A stretch of 64,000 bases of DNA from a virus. The notes below the pieces were generated by a model that had not been told where the DNA came from, made no database searches, and worked only from the letters and a program-made list of their open reading frames with translations. Shown piece by piece: positions 35,971 to 44,778 of the stretch. Numbering within the stretch: the first letter of the stretch is position 1; every line of letters begins with the position of its first letter. The stretch covers positions 42,980 through 106,979 of IMG/VR virus record IMGVR_UViG_3300032020_000845, one strand, 5' to 3'. The position numbers and the translations under genes are program-made.

Positions 35971-38900
35971 ATGTCCTTTAAAGAAATCGTAGACGAAAAA
36001 TATAAAGAAAAGTCAGAACTGATTGCTCCTATGGAATCAGTTGATGCTTTAACTTTTGTTACCTCTCACAAATGGTTAGGAGAAAAACCATTTCCGTCTC
36101 AAAGTCTTATTTTAAAATTGTTATATGGATTGTGGAAAAAATACCCTATTATTGAGGAAGAACAGAAATTAATTGATACTTTAAAGACTGCGTGGAATAT
36201 TAACATTGATTTAGAAAACAGAGATATAAATCAAGTTATTGAAGTTTTAATTCTTGTAATTGGCCGTAGAGGAAGTAAAAGTTCAGTTGTTTCTTGGATT
36301 GCATCATTTGAGGCTTATAAACTTTTATGTAAAGGAAATCCACAAAAGTATTACAAAATAAGAGAAAGACACCCTATACATATTCTTAATTGTGCTTCTG
36401 ATGGAGATCAAGCTAAAGAAACGTTTAATCTTATAAAAGACAATATTAAGAAAATTGATTTTTTCCAAAAATATATAGATTTTGACAAAGACAACGAAAC
36501 AGAAATGCGTTTATTCTCTCCATATGATTTATTTTTAAATTCTCAAATACGTAGATATAATGAAACTCGGGGAAAAGGATCAATGAAAAAGAACCTATTG
36601 CGGGGTTCTATTTGTATTGAGTCTGTTACTACATCTGCTGCAACTAAAAGAGGAAAAGCAATCATTGGGTTAATTTTTGACGAATTTGCTCATTTTGGAA
36701 GATCTAAATATAGAAAAAGAACTTTGGAAGTTATGGAAGCACCTCAAACTGATCATGCAATGTGGGTTGCTCTTACCCCTTCTGTAAAAGATTTTGGAAA
36801 AGACGGATTAATTATTGCAATTAGTAGCCCTGCAGAAAAAGCTGGAGAATTTTATACTTTGTATTGTTTAGCTGGGGGAATGGAACAAAATGAAAGTGAA
36901 AAACTTCCACCGAATCCAAAATATTTATTGTTACAGCTTTCGACTTGGCAAGCAAATCCAAGGTTTGTAAAAGAAGATTTTGTAGATGATTATAGTAAAG
37001 ATCCTGTAAATGCTTCAATGGAATATGGAGCACATTTTGCAGAACCAGCAGCTTCATTTTTAAATCCTCAAAGAATTGACGATATGGTAGTTGAAGGAGC
37101 CCCAATTTTGTTACGGGGTAGGTCAGGACAATTGTATATTATTGTAGTTGATCCAGCGAGTACTAGTGATACTTATGCAATTGCTTGGGGGCATAGAGAA
37201 GATAGACCAACTGAAAAGTATTGGATTGATGGTTTGAAGGGATTCGAACCTACAACGAAAAGATTAGGGGATGGAAGGATTATTATAGAACCAATTGACT
37301 CTGACATTGTAATGGATTTTCTTTTAACTTTAATTAGAAATTTAAATGTGATGGGAAAGCAGGTTATGGAAATTTGTTATGATCAATGGAATTGTAAGAT
37401 AGGATCAGCTAAACTTTTTACAAATGAAGGAATGAAAACAATTGAAGAATTGTGTAAAGAAAACAAGCCTATTTTAGTTGCAACAAAAGATGGTTTTGCA
37501 AAGGCTGAAAAATTTTATGATAATGGTGTAAGATCTGTTGTAAAAATTCGAACTAAATTTGGTTATGAAGATGTGGGCACTAAAAATCATCCTTTTTGGA
37601 CTAAAAAGGAATGGCAGTGTATTGGAGATTTAAAAGTAGGAGATGAAGTAGCAATACAACCTTCTGCACTTTTTAATAAGTGCTCAACAATTTCTGTAAA
37701 CAGAGCTATTATTTATGGGTATTTAACATCTGAGGGGCAATGTTCTGGAAATAACACTATAATTGGATTTTCTAATATTGAAAAAGATATTCTTGATGAT
37801 TATTGCTTTTTATTTGAACAAGAATTTGGAAAAGTTCCTCATAGAAGGCTTATTAATAAAAAATTTTATAAGACGAGGAAAGATTCAAGAGGGAACATTG
37901 TATTGGAGGATACTGCAGCCTTATGGTCAAAAGAGATTACTGAAGAATTACGAAAGCATGAAGTATTAGGGACGTCATTTACAAAACATGTGCCCAAACC
38001 TATTCGCGAAGGGTCAAAAGAAGTGTGTTGTGCTTATCTTTCTGCATTATTCGAAGGAGATGGAACAATTGGATTTTATCCACAAAAAAATACAAAATAT
38101 GGACAAACAGATACTTATATTTGTTATGATTCTCGTTCTGAAGACCTTGTTAAAGATGTGCATTTAATTCTATTAAATTTGGGAATAATATCTTCGAGAA
38201 TGACCGGCATACAAGTAGGAAAACCTGTACATAGAATAACAATTAGAGGAAAGAATATTGATAGATTTGCAGTTCTTATAGGTTTTCGTGGTAAACGAAA
38301 AAAAGCACGTTTAGAAAAAGTTTTAGATCATCGTAGGCCATTGAAGAAATTTAGAGTTAAATCTTATTTGGATAATGATAATATTTTTTGGGATAAGATT
38401 ATCTCAATTGAAGAAATGCCTCCAGAAAGAGTATATGATATTACTGTTCCAGGAAAGCATTCTTTTGTTGTTAATGGATTTATTACTCATAATAGTATTG
38501 ATAGTATTCGTACATTGAGAAAAATGAAATTACCCGCATTTGAAACAACTTTTACGAACCCATATAAAGGTGTTATATATGGGACCTTTTTAGAAAAATT
38601 AAATCAAGGACAAATGTGTTGCTATGAAATAGATCCTGATCCTGCTGAGAACTGGGTTGCTAAGTTAAAATTAGAATTAAAATATTTACAAAAGATAATA
38701 AGTGGGGGAACTACATATTATGCAGCTCCAACAAGTGGTCCAGTTACCACAGATGATTTTGCAGATTGTTGTGCTAATTTAGTATACCGATTATCATCTC
38801 GTAAAGAAATGTCAAGCAAAACTATTAGAGAATTACATAAGCAACTTGGATCTCCAATTCCATTAGGAAGAGTTATTAATCCTCAAAAAGGGGGCCCAAT

Positions 38901-38973
38901 ATGGGGGGGTAAGAAAAAAGAGGATATAAGAGACAGACTTCGAGGAATAGATTCAAAAAGAAGTTGGAGATAA
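35971..38973 (+). CDS. terL: Terminase large subunit (633 aa after splicing), intein-containing
   Basis: Walker A GRRGSKS, Walker B LIFDEFAHF, ISSP, TW-x2-NP, nuclease VDPAS, YDQWN/S, TDDFAD. Confidence 0.88.
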   Translation: MSFKEIVDEKYKEKSELIAPMESVDALTFVTSHKWLGEKPFPSQSLILKLLYGLWKKYPIIEEEQKLIDTLKTAWNINIDLENRDINQVIEVLILVIGRRGSKSSVVSWIASFEAYKLLCKGNPQKYYKIRERHPIHILNCASDGDQAKETFNLIKDNIKKIDFFQKYIDFDKDNETEMRLFSPYDLFLNSQIRRYNETRGKGSMKKNLLRGSICIESVTTSAATKRGKAIIGLIFDEFAHFGRSKYRKRTLEVMEAPQTDHAMWVALTPSVKDFGKDGLIIAISSPAEKAGEFYTLYCLAGGMEQNESEKLPPNPKYLLLQLSTWQANPRFVKEDFVDDYSKDPVNASMEYGAHFAEPAASFLNPQRIDDMVVEGAPILLRGRSGQLYIIVVDPASTSDTYAIAWGHREDRPTEKYWIDGLKGFEPTTKRLGDGRIIIEPIDSDIVMDFLLTLIRNLNVMGKQVMEICYDQWNCKIGSAKLFTNEGMKTIEELCKENKPILVATKDGFAKAEKFYDNGVRSVVKIRTKFGYEDVGTKNHPFWTKKEWQCIGDLKVGDEVAIQPSALFNKCSTISVNRAIIYGYLTSEGQCSGNNTIIGFSNIEKDILDDYCFLFEQEFGKVPHRRLINKKFYKTRKDSRGNIVLEDTAALWSKEITEELRKHEVLGTSFTKHVPKPIREGSKEVCCAYLSALFEGDGTIGFYPQKNTKYGQTDTYICYDSRSEDLVKDVHLILLNLGIISSRMTGIQVGKPVHRITIRGKNIDRFAVLIGFRGKRKKARLEKVLDHRRPLKKFRVKSYLDNDNIFWDKIISIEEMPPERVYDITVPGKHSFVVNGFITHNSIDSIRTLRKMKLPAFETTFTNPYKGVIYGTFLEKLNQGQMCCYEIDPDPAENWVAKLKLELKYLQKIISGGTTYYAAPTSGPVTTDDFADCCANLVYRLSSRKEMSSKTIRELHKQLGSPIPLGRVINPQKGGPIWGGKKKEDIRDRLRGIDSKRSWR
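37393..38493 (+). mobile_element. Intein (367 aa) with LAGLIDADG homing endonuclease
   Basis: Starts CKIGSAKLFT; block B GTKNHPF; GYLTSEG and ALFEGDG; ends VYDITV...FVVNGFITHN followed by Ser. Removal restores YDQWNS. Confidence 0.92.
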
Positions 38974-38991
38974 AAATTGGAGAAATTATAA

Positions 38992-39174
38992 ATGGCAACA
39001 AAAATTGATTATGATAAGGAAGCAGATGTTTTGTATATTACTTTGGGAACTAAAGAACCTTCTTATTGTGAAGAAGTTGATGATATATTGTTAATAGAAA
39101 AAGGTTTTACTACTAATAAAATTACTGGATTTCGTGTTTTAGATTTTAAACATCATTTAAAAAGGAAATTATAA
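38992..39174 (+). CDS. DUF2283-like protein
   Basis: IDYDKEADVLYI...ITGFRVLDF. Confidence 0.7.
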   Translation: MATKIDYDKEADVLYITLGTKEPSYCEEVDDILLIEKGFTTNKITGFRVLDFKHHLKRKL

Positions 39175-39405
39175 ATGCCAATGGAAGATATTCCGTTTGC
39201 AATACAAGAACATATAATGTTAGAAATTACTTATATGAATCAAAAGGGAGAAACATCTACAAGAACTGTGGAACCCTACGAAATAAAGGACGGATATTTT
39301 TTCGCTTGGGATATTGCCAAAGATGGTATCCGATGCTTCTTTCTATCTCCAAGCGTTCTTTTGGATGTCAAATTATTAGAGACGCGTTTTATTCCAAGAT
39401 TTTAA
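39175..39405 (+). CDS. Stand-alone WYL-domain protein
   Basis: ITY-x3-KGE-x3-RTVEPYEI...YFFAWD...IRCF. Confidence 0.75.
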   Translation: MPMEDIPFAIQEHIMLEITYMNQKGETSTRTVEPYEIKDGYFFAWDIAKDGIRCFFLSPSVLLDVKLLETRFIPRF

Positions 39406-39437
39406 AAAAAACCTTTTAACGAAGTAAGGAGGAAGTC

Positions 39438-40127
39438 ATGCCGAAAGATAAGAAGAAACAAACAGATCCAACAGCTTTAGTTGAGAAGCAGGAAAGTAAA
39501 GATTTAAAGGAAAATACTATTGTTATCATCAATGGTCAAAAACTTGATCCAAAAGAATTACAGTCGCTTACAATTCAGTATTTAGATGGCACGTTGGTAG
39601 TGGAACTTACTACTATTACTGAAATGCAAAAAACGTTTACTTCTGCTCCAGATTCCCATACCCAAAGCGTAGATTCACATACATTATTAAAGTCATTGGT
39701 TCCACTTAATTTAAAGGTTGAAAAGGCCCCTTCAACTAAAGGCATTAGTATTACAAAAACTAAAGGTCCAGAAGTATATCCATTAGATGAAGATGGTCTT
39801 TTGAAGCTTAGTGCTATGAGTACTCTTAGAACTAATAAGAAGGATGATAGCAACAATCCAGTTTCAAAACTTAAACTTGTGTTGACTAAAAAGGCATTAC
39901 AAAATTATGATATTGTGGAAAACCTACAACTAACTACAGACGATTTCAATATAACAGATGTTACTAGTATTTCTTCTGCTTTAAATGATTTGGCAGTGCT
40001 AGAACAAAAAGTCCAACGAGATCCGATGGTTGTAAAGGTTGTGGAAGTTTCAAGTCCAAAAATTGTTATTACAGAAAATATATTTCACTTAACTGAAAAA
40101 TTTAAATTATATAAGGTGAAAGAATAA
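39438..40127 (+). CDS. Hypothetical protein
   Basis: 229-aa ORF with strong SD AAGGAGG. Confidence 0.65.
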   Translation: MPKDKKKQTDPTALVEKQESKDLKENTIVIINGQKLDPKELQSLTIQYLDGTLVVELTTITEMQKTFTSAPDSHTQSVDSHTLLKSLVPLNLKVEKAPSTKGISITKTKGPEVYPLDEDGLLKLSAMSTLRTNKKDDSNNPVSKLKLVLTKKALQNYDIVENLQLTTDDFNITDVTSISSALNDLAVLEQKVQRDPMVVKVVEVSSPKIVITENIFHLTEKFKLYKVKE

Positions 40128-40334
40128 ATGACAAAAAATGATAAAATAGCCGAAATCAATGCTATTTTACAGCAGTTGGATGAAGAAGAGGTTTGCAACA
40201 TTAAAGATATTTTAAAAGATATGTATAGTTTTCCGTATGGACATATGTCTATTGATGTTCATAGTGGTCAAATAATAAATTGTAAATATACAAAGGAGAA
40301 GAGATTTTCTTTAAAGAAAAAGAAGGAGAACTAA
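40128..40334 (+). CDS. DUF2292/YezD-like small protein
   Basis: YGHMSIDVHSGQII...KEKRF. Confidence 0.5.
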   Translation: MTKNDKIAEINAILQQLDEEEVCNIKDILKDMYSFPYGHMSIDVHSGQIINCKYTKEKRFSLKKKKEN

Positions 40335-40338
40335 ATAA

Positions 40339-43300
40339 ATGATAAAATTAGGTAGTGAACCGAATTGGGTTTTTGCAGATCTTGATTTGATTTCTGAATT
40401 ACTGGTTGAAAATAATATTCCTATTGAACATCCAAATTACGAAAAATACAAAGATTATATATTAGGCAAGTTTGAAGGAACGTGGTTTGTTTCTCCAGAG
40501 GAAATGGAAAAGGCAGTTCTTCAATATATTCCAAAAACAGCTTCTTTAAATTTTCGAAAAACAGCTGAACCTGAAACCCTTCAAGAAAATTTCTACGAAC
40601 CAGGAAAGTCCGATGAATATCCAAAAGGACCTAAAAAACCTCGCTTACGCTTTCCATTTTATAATTATCCAGATGATCAAGGAAATATAATTAACATAAA
40701 ACCTGATATTTCTAATCCAATGGAATATGATACAACTCCAGGACCTCATCCTCAAGGACCTGGAATATGTGGAAGTTTAAGTATGAAAAAGAGAGCACAA
40801 TCTAAAGGTCTTCTTACCTATAAAAAGCTTACGGATATTATGATGGTAGTGAAAGATCTTCAGCAGGTTGACTCTTTAGACTCTGACGAGGTTGAAGACC
40901 TTGCTGAAAATCTATATAATATTTTTGGAAATGATATATTGTCGGGAGCAATCTTAGCGGCGCATGAAGATAAAGCTTCTAGGTTTATACAAATGATAGG
41001 AGAGTATTTAGCTTTATCAACGAAAATAGGGTTGAAACCTTTAACTAAAGAGCTTTTAGAGAGTTTGATTAAGGTTTGCCAAGATCCAAGTAACCCAAAA
41101 CATCAGATAAAGAAAGTTCCTTTGGAAGATGTTTTTGAACCTAAGAAAGAAGAAGATGAATTTGAGGAAACTGAAGAAGAGATAGGTGAAAGATGGAAAG
41201 AAAAAGAAAAACAGATTCTACCTGAAAAAAAAGAACTCTCTCCAGAAACAATGGAAGTTCCCTATACCTTTCTACGAGACAAATACACTGAAGATGAAAT
41301 ATGGGATATAGCTAGAGGTAGAAAAACTGATGTATCTCCAGAAGAAATAGAAATGGCTAAATTTGTAATTGAGAGAGGTATTGTAGCCGGTAGATTGGGA
41401 ATGAGAAAAACTTCAACAACTGTTTCTGAACCAACTCCTGATGAATCATTACATGAACAACAAGGAGAACATCCAGGGCATACTTATTTTCAAGGAAGAG
41501 ATGAATGGGAAGATAAAGAACCTGATCAGGGGTTTGATATATTATTTCCAGAGAAGGTAAGAATAAAAAGGGATCCTTGGCTTTTTGAAGATAATCCAGT
41601 ATCTGAAATGACTGCAAGTAGATTAAATATGAGAAAGAAAGCTTATATTAATTTAGATAATTTAAAAAGATTATATGAAGGACAATTAAAACATCTTGGA
41701 GTTTATGATAGAGAATTAATGGAAGAAGTTAGAACAGATTTATTAGTAAATTTAGAGAATTTGATAAAAAGTACATTTAAAAAGTATAAAGGTTGGGAAG
41801 AAGAAGATATTCCAGCGGATCTTGAAGTTATTCAAGAATATGTTGATGGTTTAAAACAATCGCTAAAAAAAGATTCAGATTTAATGGTAATGATTGATTC
41901 GACAGTGAATGTTATACATCATTTTTTTGAGGATCATGGAGAACATTATTTGCTTTCTGAGATAGTTAATCCTAGACAAATTGAAAGGGCAGAAGAATTA
42001 CTTGCTACTATTTTTTCGCAAGTTAGTGAAAAATTGGAAGAAAAAGAAGAAAAACCAAAACCTTCCATACCTAAAAAAGTTCCTTTTGTTGATAAACGAG
42101 GTAATCCTCTTAAAATAAATGATATTGTATTTGCAAAAGATGAAGGATATTTTGGTAAATATGGAAGAATTGTATCCGTTGATCCTGAACCAATATATCT
42201 TTCTGATTTAGAAAAGTGGACTTATTCTATGTATGTAGAAACTACAGTAACAGAAGAAATGTTGGCAACTGAAGTAGTGTTAAGTAATGATATTGATAAG
42301 GATTCTATTGCGGTTGAGGCTACTAATCATATTCTTCAATTGGTAAAGAAAAAAGCATTTGATGTGAACAGTGCTTTTGATGTAATATTAGATGAATTGT
42401 ATATTGTTCTTGATCAAGAAATGATTCAGAAAATTAAAAATAATTTATATGATGAAGGGATAGATATAGAAAAAGAAGCTAAAAAATTATTGAGTGTAAG
42501 AAAAAATAATTCAACTTTTCAATTAAGTATACGAAAGAAAGCAATTATTTCTCCATTGCAACTAAAAAAGTTGTATGAATTAGAATTGTTATATAGAAAA
42601 GGAAATTTTGGTATTGAAGAGCAACTCGACAAATTATCAGAATATATAGTAAAAGAATTAATAGAGTTTTTAAATGATTGGTTACAATTTTATATTGCTG
42701 AGGAAGGACTAAATGAAGAAGCAAAAGCAGCAACAAATAGATTAGAATCTTGTAAACAAGAACTCGAGAATGCTTTTGATATCGATTCAAAAATAGTTGC
42801 AATAGATACTACTATAAATACAATGCATGTTGATTATGATGTCTTTGAACATTTAATTATGACATTTGAAGAATATGCAGAAAGGGAATTTAGATCAAAT
42901 AGAAAAGAGATACAAAAACACTATCAAGTATGGGATTCTTTGAAGACTTTTCTTCAGGAACAGGGTAAACTTACTGAAAGAATTTTTGAAAATAGATTAA
43001 ATATGAGAAAAATAGCTCTTGATCCTTTAACTCAAAGAGAATTATTACAAACTGGAATATTATTTCCATCTCCGGAATTTATAGAAAAAATGAACCTAAA
43101 AAAGGAAAAAGATAAAGAAGAACAAAAAGATAAATATAGAAGTTTTCAAAAACCTTTTGAACTAAAACATGAAAAAGGTTTAAAAGAAACTATACGAAAG
43201 AATATTGAGGAACAATTTATTATACCTCAACAACTAAAACTTCGATTTGACAAATTTGCGCAGGAATCCCCTAGAACCTTGGGGCCTCAAATAACAAAAC

Positions 43301-44778
43301 AAAAAATAAGAAGATTATATGAACAAGAAGCTAAAGGTATTTATGATGAAGAATTACTGGATGAAATTATTTCAGGATTTTTAGTAACTTTAGAAAGTTG
43401 GGTTAATTTTGAAGAATACAAAATAAAGTATCTTTTGCAATATGTAACTGATGATAGTTATGATCTAATTAGAGAAGCAGAAGATTTAATTCAACCTTTA
43501 CACTCAGCAACAACTCCACAAGAGAAAATGATTGCAATAGATACTGTAATAAATATTGTTCATCAAACGGGAAAATATGGAGAGTATTTGATAAAAGGAA
43601 TAGACCCTGGAGATTTATCCTTTTTTGATGACCTAAGTAATTTGAAAGTTAGTAGTTTAAGTTTAAAAAGAATTGCTCAAATTACAGAAGTTAACATTGG
43701 AGATGAAGTAGAATTTGACACTACTCGTTATTTTCGAGTTGGTAGAAGTAAACAAGGAGGAGTTTTAAAAGGTAAAGGAATTGTTAGAACGAAGAATGAG
43801 GATGGTTCATATGATATTGAGATAACAGAAATAACTAATGCTCATATAGATATTGCTCATATATTTAAACCTGGGCGTACTACTCCCTTTTTGGTAGATG
43901 AAATAAAAGCATTTGTAAAACCAAAATTTGAGCCTAAAAAAGAAATTCCAACTCCTGTCGAGGAGCCTAAAATTGAAAAACCTAAAGAAGTAAAAGTTGA
44001 ACCAGAGAAAGTTCCTGTTGAAAAGCCTATTATTTTTGAGTTAGCAGAACCAGAAGAAGAAGAAATTCCAATACCTGTTGAAGAGTTTGGAGAACCTGAA
44101 CCAAAAAAACTAAAGAAAAAATTTCCAACTTGGAAAGAATTGGGGCAAATTGTTTGGGAGTCTTTTAAAAGACCTGTGACAAGACCTTTTGGTAGTATAT
44201 TAAATATGAGAAAAGCTAATAAAATATCAGGCCGAAAACTCCTGTCTGTAGGCTTATGGGCTATTTATAATGGAGAGATATATAGTAAATTAGAAGATGT
44301 GAATAAATACGAGGGACATGAAAATTGGTTTGTAGAATTAGGTTTACCTGTGAAAGGAACAGAATACGATTATATTACTCGTGGTATTTATAGACCAGAT
44401 AGAATAGTATGGTATGAAGGTACTGGAACTTTTGAAGAATTTTCTGATAATATTGAAGAGTTAAGAAAAAAGTTAGAATTACCGGAGAATGTTAAAATTG
44501 AATCTGCCCCGGGTTTCTCAGAAATAAAAAAAGCTGAATTAGATATGAGAAAATCAGATATACAAAAAGATGTTCCTATTGAAAGTGCTTCTCCTATATT
44601 TAAACCTGAAGATACAATTAAGAATAAATCAATGGAAGAAGCTACATACAAAGTAATGGAATATGATCCAAAGGTTGATGAATATTTAATTGTTGGTGGT
44701 GTTAAAGATAGAATAATAAGAGTAGATCGAAAAACATTGGAAAATATTTGTGACTTAGTTGAGGGGGAGGGGAAATGA
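40339..44778 (+). CDS. Modular polyprotein 3 (1479 aa) with about 11 L-x-M-R-K-x-A linkers
   Basis: SLNFRKTA, SLSMKKRA, RLGMRKTS, RLNMRKKA, LVKKKA, QLSIRKKA, RLNMRKIA, LRFDKFA, SLSLKRIA, ILNMRKA, ELDMRKS. Confidence 0.82.
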   Translation: MIKLGSEPNWVFADLDLISELLVENNIPIEHPNYEKYKDYILGKFEGTWFVSPEEMEKAVLQYIPKTASLNFRKTAEPETLQENFYEPGKSDEYPKGPKKPRLRFPFYNYPDDQGNIINIKPDISNPMEYDTTPGPHPQGPGICGSLSMKKRAQSKGLLTYKKLTDIMMVVKDLQQVDSLDSDEVEDLAENLYNIFGNDILSGAILAAHEDKASRFIQMIGEYLALSTKIGLKPLTKELLESLIKVCQDPSNPKHQIKKVPLEDVFEPKKEEDEFEETEEEIGERWKEKEKQILPEKKELSPETMEVPYTFLRDKYTEDEIWDIARGRKTDVSPEEIEMAKFVIERGIVAGRLGMRKTSTTVSEPTPDESLHEQQGEHPGHTYFQGRDEWEDKEPDQGFDILFPEKVRIKRDPWLFEDNPVSEMTASRLNMRKKAYINLDNLKRLYEGQLKHLGVYDRELMEEVRTDLLVNLENLIKSTFKKYKGWEEEDIPADLEVIQEYVDGLKQSLKKDSDLMVMIDSTVNVIHHFFEDHGEHYLLSEIVNPRQIERAEELLATIFSQVSEKLEEKEEKPKPSIPKKVPFVDKRGNPLKINDIVFAKDEGYFGKYGRIVSVDPEPIYLSDLEKWTYSMYVETTVTEEMLATEVVLSNDIDKDSIAVEATNHILQLVKKKAFDVNSAFDVILDELYIVLDQEMIQKIKNNLYDEGIDIEKEAKKLLSVRKNNSTFQLSIRKKAIISPLQLKKLYELELLYRKGNFGIEEQLDKLSEYIVKELIEFLNDWLQFYIAEEGLNEEAKAATNRLESCKQELENAFDIDSKIVAIDTTINTMHVDYDVFEHLIMTFEEYAEREFRSNRKEIQKHYQVWDSLKTFLQEQGKLTERIFENRLNMRKIALDPLTQRELLQTGILFPSPEFIEKMNLKKEKDKEEQKDKYRSFQKPFELKHEKGLKETIRKNIEEQFIIPQQLKLRFDKFAQESPRTLGPQITKQKIRRLYEQEAKGIYDEELLDEIISGFLVTLESWVNFEEYKIKYLLQYVTDDSYDLIREAEDLIQPLHSATTPQEKMIAIDTVINIVHQTGKYGEYLIKGIDPGDLSFFDDLSNLKVSSLSLKRIAQITEVNIGDEVEFDTTRYFRVGRSKQGGVLKGKGIVRTKNEDGSYDIEITEITNAHIDIAHIFKPGRTTPFLVDEIKAFVKPKFEPKKEIPTPVEEPKIEKPKEVKVEPEKVPVEKPIIFELAEPEEEEIPIPVEEFGEPEPKKLKKKFPTWKELGQIVWESFKRPVTRPFGSILNMRKANKISGRKLLSVGLWAIYNGEIYSKLEDVNKYEGHENWFVELGLPVKGTEYDYITRGIYRPDRIVWYEGTGTFEEFSDNIEELRKKLELPENVKIESAPGFSEIKKAELDMRKSDIQKDVPIESASPIFKPEDTIKNKSMEEATYKVMEYDPKVDEYLIVGGVKDRIIRVDRKTLENICDLVEGEGK

